Source of the DNA: a virus
Lineage: Duplodnaviria > Caudoviricetes
IMG/VR virus record: IMGVR_UViG_3300037307_000061
Span: 1-47,773 of that record
Length of the DNA stretch: 47,773 nucleotides
Strand: one strand, 5' to 3'
Shown here: one piece after another, positions 42,928 to 47,773 of the stretch
Numbering within the stretch: position 1 is the first letter of the stretch
How the letters are laid out: each line of letters opens with the position of its first letter
Notes under the pieces: generated by a model
What the model was told of the DNA's origin: nothing
The model's input: only the letters and a program-made list of their open reading frames with translations
The model's database searches: none
Position numbers and translations under genes: made by a program

Positions 42928-45900
42928 ATGAGTACTTTTACAAAGTATGCAGATAGGAATACTACAATCACAACTGGTTGGACTAATCCAACTAATGCTT
43001 ATGCAGACGATAATACCAACTTAGCTACGGCTGCACCATCTAAGAACAACGAAATAACTACTGAGTGGGGATTTCCAGCCTTAACAGATGGCGAATTACC
43101 TGTAGGTTCGACTATCAATAGTGTGACATTTGAGTATGGTTGGTATGTTAGCACCGTCGATTCAATTGCCAACTTGTATGTCTCTACCTATAACAACAAT
43201 ACGCTAGTAGGTAGTGAAACAGATTCCAGTACAGAGCCTCTATCAGAGACAATGGATAGCAAGGCATTTTCAACCGTGCCATCTGAATCTGATATCAAAA
43301 CCGCTGGACGACTTGAATGTAGGCTTAGGGGAAGAAGAAGTAACTCCAACACAGCGGTTACTTTTAATCTTGACTATGTACGCATGGTAGTTGACTATAC
43401 CCCGGCACCCAATCGTGGATATGGCCAAGCACAAACAAAAATAAACGCATTTGCCGTAAAATCATACGCTCAAGCACAAACAAAAATAGCGAGTAACATA
43501 GTTGCTGATAATGAGTATGAGACTGAGGTTTTAGCAGATAACCCCGTATTTGTACTTCCAATGGAAGAGTCATCAGGAAGTTTGACAGATATTATAGGAG
43601 GATTAACTGCTACTGCTAGTGGCTCTCCATCATATAGCCAGCCCGGTCCCATTATTAATAAGACTGCAATTGACTTCCCTGCTGGTACAGACTATTTCTC
43701 AGTAACCGATCCCGGTACTAACTCAGCACTTGATCTTGGTACAGGAGGATGGACTGTAGAGTATTGGTTCGCTAGAGATGAAGACTTGGGAAATTATGCT
43801 GTAAGTCTTTATAAAGGCGCAGGAACATTCAACTTCGGTATCGCTGATACTGATAAGGCATTCTTAGGCTACGCTGGTACAGGCACTTTCGCATATGGGT
43901 ACACAGTACCAACAAACAGCACATGGCATCACTATGTATGGGTAAGAGATGCTGGTGCTGATTCTACTGGTGAGACTAGGTTATATGTTGATGGTTCAGC
44001 AACCACCCTCGATTATGAAGTCTATACATGGACTCCAACAGATACCAACGATCCTTTCATTATTGGTAGAGAAAACTCTACTGAAAGGGCGGGTGGAAAG
44101 ATTGCATATGTAGCAATCTATAAGAGTGTACTAAACAGTACAAGGGTTGCTGCTCACTATGCTGCCGCAAAAATTAAACGAGGCTATGGTCAAGCACAGG
44201 TATCAATAGCTACTAGTACTGCAACAACTTATCGTGGGTATGCTCAAACACAAGCAACCATTAAACAGACTTATCAAAGCTATGCACAAGCACAGGCTCA
44301 AATTAGTAGAGTAGTTACTACTTACCGATCATCCGCTCAAGCACAAGTTGCAATAAAAGCTTTTGACATTAAAACCTATGCTCACGCACAGGCACAAATT
44401 GCTGGTCAAGTTACTACTTACCGTGGATTTGCACAGACAAACACCAAAATTATTTCGCCTAGAAATAGTTATGAAACTGCTGTATTTACAGATAATCCTG
44501 TTTTCCTACTAACCTTTGAAGAGGCTTCTGGTAATCTAACTGACTTGATTGCTGGATTGACAGCAACGGTTGGTGGCTCTCCTACCTATGGGGCCAGCGG
44601 ACCAATCTTTGGCAAGAACGCGATAGGTTTCTCAGCGTCTACCCAATACTTTACAGTAGATGATCATGAAAATCTAGACCTTGGCAATGGGCCATTTACT
44701 CTTGAATACTGGGTAGCGCGTGATACAGATACAAATGTGTGGCAGATAATTTTAAATAAGGGGACCAACGGGTACTCTACGGGCATTGGTTCTGCATCTG
44801 ATTCATTATACAGCGACCGCTATACCATAGGCAAGACAGGTATAGCTGTTATTGGTTACAACGGTAGTGAGACTGTTACAGCAAACAGTAAATTTAATCA
44901 TGTTGTCATTACCAGAAGTGGGACGGGCGGGGCTGACACCCACAAAATCTATGTGAATGGCGTTGAGAGAACCTTCACGGCCTACGGGATCGGTGCTACT
45001 ACGGCTATCGAAAACACAACTGCTGCGCTAGAAATCGGACGAGAAGGCGCTGGATCAACCCTATCAGGAAAACTTGCTTATCTAGCACTCTATAAGACTG
45101 TCTTATCTTCTACAAGAGTTACGGCACACTACGAAGCCGGTAAGTTAAGATGGGGATATGCTCAAGCACAAACCTATATATCAACAGCAGTTACAACTTA
45201 TCGTAATAGTGGTCAAGCCAAAGCACATCTTAAGACAATAAATTTTGTTTATGGTCAATCTTCATCGCAAATTAAAAATACCTATAAGGTACATGGACAA
45301 GCTTTATCTAGAATAAAACAAATTTATTGGGTCTACGGTCAAGCCAACGCTAATATTGGTAATGTTTATCGTTCAATAGGTCAGGCACAGGCAAAAATTA
45401 AGTCTACTGTCCTTGTTCATGGACAATCTCAGACTAATATTTCAGGCATGGCAATCTATAAATCATTTGGACAATCTAATTCTCTAATTGGCGATCCAAC
45501 TGATATCTATGTATATGTAGATGAACAACCATATGATGATACAGATAAAATTATATCACCACGCGGCTCTACTAACTACTATGAAGCCCAATTAAATACA
45601 TATGTTCCCGCACTATTTTACAATTATACTATTAAATTTAGAGCCTTAAGATATGGTGGGGCAGTAGATTTACTTGTTCAATTAATAGAGACTACTACTG
45701 TTCGTGCTAGTACACAGGTAACACTCTCTGGTACAGAAACACAGTATGAATATAGTCTAACATCTGCTGAAATTGCTTCTATAACCGACTATAATGATCT
45801 TCGATTAAGATTTACTCCTGTTAGCCCAGCAGCAGATAGCCGTGTTGTAATTACATGGGTAGATTTTACCTTCCCACCCTCAGGTATTATTGCTGGTTAT

Positions 45901-47773
45901 GCTAACGCTCAAGCGCGTATCAAGACTTTTTATAAAGTATATGGACAATCATTAGGTTTAATCAAACAAACTTATCAAATATTTGGACAAAGTTTAACAC
46001 TTGTTAAGGCAAAAACTGCCGTATTTGGACAAGCTAATGCCAAGATTGGTGGACTAGCCTACGCATTTGGGCAAGCTCTGACTAGGGTGTTTGCTACTAA
46101 TAAAGTTTATGGTCAAGCACAAACACGCACAAGACAATTTTCACGGGTATATGCACAATCAGGGGGCTTTGTTAAGCAGACTCGGTTTATTGCTCATGGA
46201 CAAGCATTTGCATTAATAAAACAAAAAAGTTATGGAATAGGACAAGCATTAGCTTTGTCAGGACAATTTCGGTTTTCTACAGCAAATGCTCAGGTTCGGG
46301 TTAAGGGACGCACTAGAGTTTATGGTCAAGCACAAGCACGCATTAAAAAATCTACCTATAAAATAGGTCAAGCACAAACAAGAGTAAAAAAAAACATAAA
46401 CATATTTGGTCAATCTGTTGTTAAAATTTACGCTAATTTTAATATACCAGAAGTAGGGCAAGCACAAACTCGTATTAATAATAGATATCCTACAGGTCAG
46501 GCACAAGCAAAAATAAATATCTCAACTACAATTAGTATACGCTCAACCCAACAATTTGTCGAGATTTTAGTAAAAACTGATCCTATTTTGCATACATCTC
46601 AGATGTACTCTGAAGTACTTATTAAAGGAGCATCCTACCTACAATTTACTCAGATATATACTGAAATACTAACAAAACTTAGCCCTAGTATAAATATAAC
46701 CCAAGAATATCTTGAGTACTTAGCACAGTATGGAAATCCTTCAATTAGAATTTCACAAGAATTTATTGAAGTACTAATTAAGGGTGGATTACAGTCCGGT
46801 CAAGCTATGTCTGCAACACTTGCACCCAGTTATCCTACAGGTCAGGCTCTAGCGAATATTTATCAAAGGTTAAATCAACCTAAAATTGGACAAGCTCTTG
46901 CCTATATTCTTACTGAGGTACGATCAGGTCAAGCACGAACTAAGATTATGTACCGTAAGTGGAATGGCGCTAACGCATTAACTTATATCAAAAAACAATA
47001 CAGATCAATAGGGCAATCATTGGCTCTTATTGATACCCCATATAGATTCGGTCAAGCACAATGCTTGATTACTGGTCGTCCAAGTAATAACTATCTTCAA
47101 AATATTGAAGAAATGGTTAATCCCAAAACACAAATTTACTGGCATCGATGGGAGACAATTAGACCTACTGAAATACTTCCATTACCATCAATTACTCAAG
47201 TACAATCACATTATCCGGGTACAATAAAGAGTTTAGATAATTGGTCAGTTGAAGGGGCACCAAACGCCGTATCAGTACTTTCTAGAATACCACCTGAAGG
47301 TATACGAGAATGGAGTGCTGATACATTTAATAGTCACCCATCTAATGAAAGTGAATTTAATACTATTAGATTATCATGTCTAGCCACAGTTAGTATTCCT
47401 ACAATACGAATTAGTTTATTTAAATTTGAAGACATTCTTACTATTAATAAGGAATCAAGCTATATTGAAAATATAAGACTATTTGCTCATGTTTCTCAAA
47501 CCCTTAGTACCACCCAGTACCTTGCTGTTCAAGACGGTAATGGTATAGTTTATACTCTTAATAGTACTAAATCTTCAACCTTTAGTAACCTAACCTTCTA
47601 TGCAGACATGCGTACTAAACCTTGGGATAATAGTTCTTGGACTTGGGAAGATTTAGATAAATTAGCAGCAGGAGTAATTGGTCCCTCAGGTGGACTACCG
47701 GGCGATAATAAATATTGGTTCTTTTTATGGGCTGAAGTGCATCTTTTACCAGTAGAAGAAGGTACTATACCAG
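42928..47773 (+). CDS. second giant modular virion protein (3'-truncated, >1615 aa): LamG x2, GQAQAxI arrays, TQ-x-Y-x-E-V-L repeats
   Basis: ATG 42928 after GGGGTGG, reading MSTFTKYADRNTTITTGWTNPTNAYADD... I found no in-frame stop where I checked, and its absence from the ORF track fits a frame open to the window end. LamG domains at ~43507-44165 and ~44464-45135. Confidence 0.88.
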   Translation, partial: MSTFTKYADRNTTITTGWTNPTNAYADDNTNLATAAPSKNNEITTEWGFPALTDGELPVGSTINSVTFEYGWYVSTVDSIANLYVSTYNNNTLVGSETDSSTEPLSETMDSKAFSTVPSESDIKTAGRLECRLRGRRSNSNTAVTFNLDYVRMVVDYTPAPNRGYGQAQTKINAFAVKSYAQAQTKIASNIVADNEYETEVLADNPVFVLPMEESSGSLTDIIGGLTATASGSPSYSQPGPIINKTAIDFPAGTDYFSVTDPGTNSALDLGTGGWTVEYWFARDEDLGNYAVSLYKGAGTFNFGIADTDKAFLGYAGTGTFAYGYTVPTNSTWHHYVWVRDAGADSTGETRLYVDGSATTLDYEVYTWTPTDTNDPFIIGRENSTERAGGKIAYVAIYKSVLNSTRVAAHYAAAKIKRGYGQAQVSIATSTATTYRGYAQTQATIKQTYQSYAQAQAQISRVVTTYRSSAQAQVAIKAFDIKTYAHAQAQIAGQVTTYRGFAQTNTKIISPRNSYETAVFTDNPVFLLTFEEASGNLTDLIAGLTATVGGSPTYGASGPIFGKNAIGFSASTQYFTVDDHENLDLGNGPFTLEYWVARDTDTNVWQIILNKGTNGYSTGIGSASDSLYSDRYTIGKTGIAVIGYNGSETVTANSKFNHVVITRSGTGGADTHKIYVNGVERTFTAYGIGATTAIENTTAALEIGREGAGSTLSGKLAYLALYKTVLSSTRVTAHYEAGKLRWGYAQAQTYISTAVTTYRNSGQAKAHLKTINFVYGQSSSQIKNTYKVHGQALSRIKQIYWVYGQANANIGNVYRSIGQAQAKIKSTVLVHGQSQTNISGMAIYKSFGQSNSLIGDPTDIYVYVDEQPYDDTDKIISPRGSTNYYEAQLNTYVPALFYNYTIKFRALRYGGAVDLLVQLIETTTVRASTQVTLSGTETQYEYSLTSAEIASITDYNDLRLRFTPVSPAADSRVVITWVDFTFPPSGIIAGYANAQARIKTFYKVYGQSLGLIKQTYQIFGQSLTLVKAKTAVFGQANAKIGGLAYAFGQALTRVFATNKVYGQAQTRTRQFSRVYAQSGGFVKQTRFIAHGQAFALIKQKSYGIGQALALSGQFRFSTANAQVRVKGRTRVYGQAQARIKKSTYKIGQAQTRVKKNINIFGQSVVKIYANFNIPEVGQAQTRINNRYPTGQAQAKINISTTISIRSTQQFVEILVKTDPILHTSQMYSEVLIKGASYLQFTQIYTEILTKLSPSINITQEYLEYLAQYGNPSIRISQEFIEVLIKGGLQSGQAMSATLAPSYPTGQALANIYQRLNQPKIGQALAYILTEVRSGQARTKIMYRKWNGANALTYIKKQYRSIGQSLALIDTPYRFGQAQCLITGRPSNNYLQNIEEMVNPKTQIYWHRWETIRPTEILPLPSITQVQSHYPGTIKSLDNWSVEGAPNAVSVLSRIPPEGIREWSADTFNSHPSNESEFNTIRLSCLATVSIPTIRISLFKFEDILTINKESSYIENIRLFAHVSQTLSTTQYLAVQDGNGIVYTLNSTKSSTFSNLTFYADMRTKPWDNSSWTWEDLDKLAAGVIGPSGGLPGDNKYWFFLWAEVHLLPVEEGTIP
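46537..46785 (+). repeat. five 17-18 aa tandem repeats (T/S)Q-x-(F/Y)-x-E-(I/V/Y)-L
   Basis: IRSTQQFVEILVKTDPI / LHTSQMYSEVLIKGASY / LQFTQIYTEILTKLSPS / INITQEYLEYLAQYGNPS / IRISQEFIEVLIKG. Confidence 0.8.

Noticed and set aside
1063-46506. All minus-strand ORFs in the track (e.g. 2847-3230, 24721-25293, 25570-26127, 35540-36055)
   Set aside because: They are antisense shadows of long + strand genes or tRNAs, with no RBS or recognisable motif.
35018-47773. Diversity-generating retroelement TR/VR pairs as an explanation for the repeats
   Set aside because: No reverse transcriptase is in the window, all copies are coding, and differences look mostly synonymous rather than adenine-specific.
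1-47773. CRISPR array, integrase/att site, terminal repeat or contractile sheath gene
   Set aside because: I saw no regularly spaced DNA repeats, no recombinase motifs, no overlap between the window ends, and no sheath-sized gene before the tube gene.

Overview
This window is the late/structural arm of a tailed dsDNA phage with a probable long non-contractile tail; every credible gene is on the + strand. Gene order: the 3' end of a fibre-like gene built of 'GQAQAxI' repeats; a BppU/Ig-like gene; a ~5.8 kb tRNA island; terminase, portal, protease/scaffold, decoration protein and major capsid protein; neck genes interrupted by two glycosyltransferases; an internally duplicated tail tube protein; a tail chaperone with an A-AAA-AAC -1 frameshift; a 1711-aa tape measure; tail tip genes; and two giant modular proteins (2635 aa, and >1615 aa running off the right edge, absent from the ORF track). 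The tRNA island holds 16 tRNAs with encoded CCA and a CCA-terminated rod-like RNA, interleaved with intact and decayed HNH genes, a methyltransferase, a glycosyltransferase-like gene and an amidase endolysin. No replication, integration or CRISPR genes are visible. Most notable: (1) four proteins share the GQAQAxI repeat, which in the giants links shuffled beta-helix and LamG cassettes; (2) a recurrent [TAVI]-S-G motif in virion proteins next to virion-module glycosyltransferases suggests a glycosylation sequon; (3) all eight ORFs directly upstream of a tRNA end inside, on or flush with it; (4) an unexplained 77-nt CCA-ended hairpin RNA heads the tRNA operon. All product calls come from motif recognition and gene order, not database searches.
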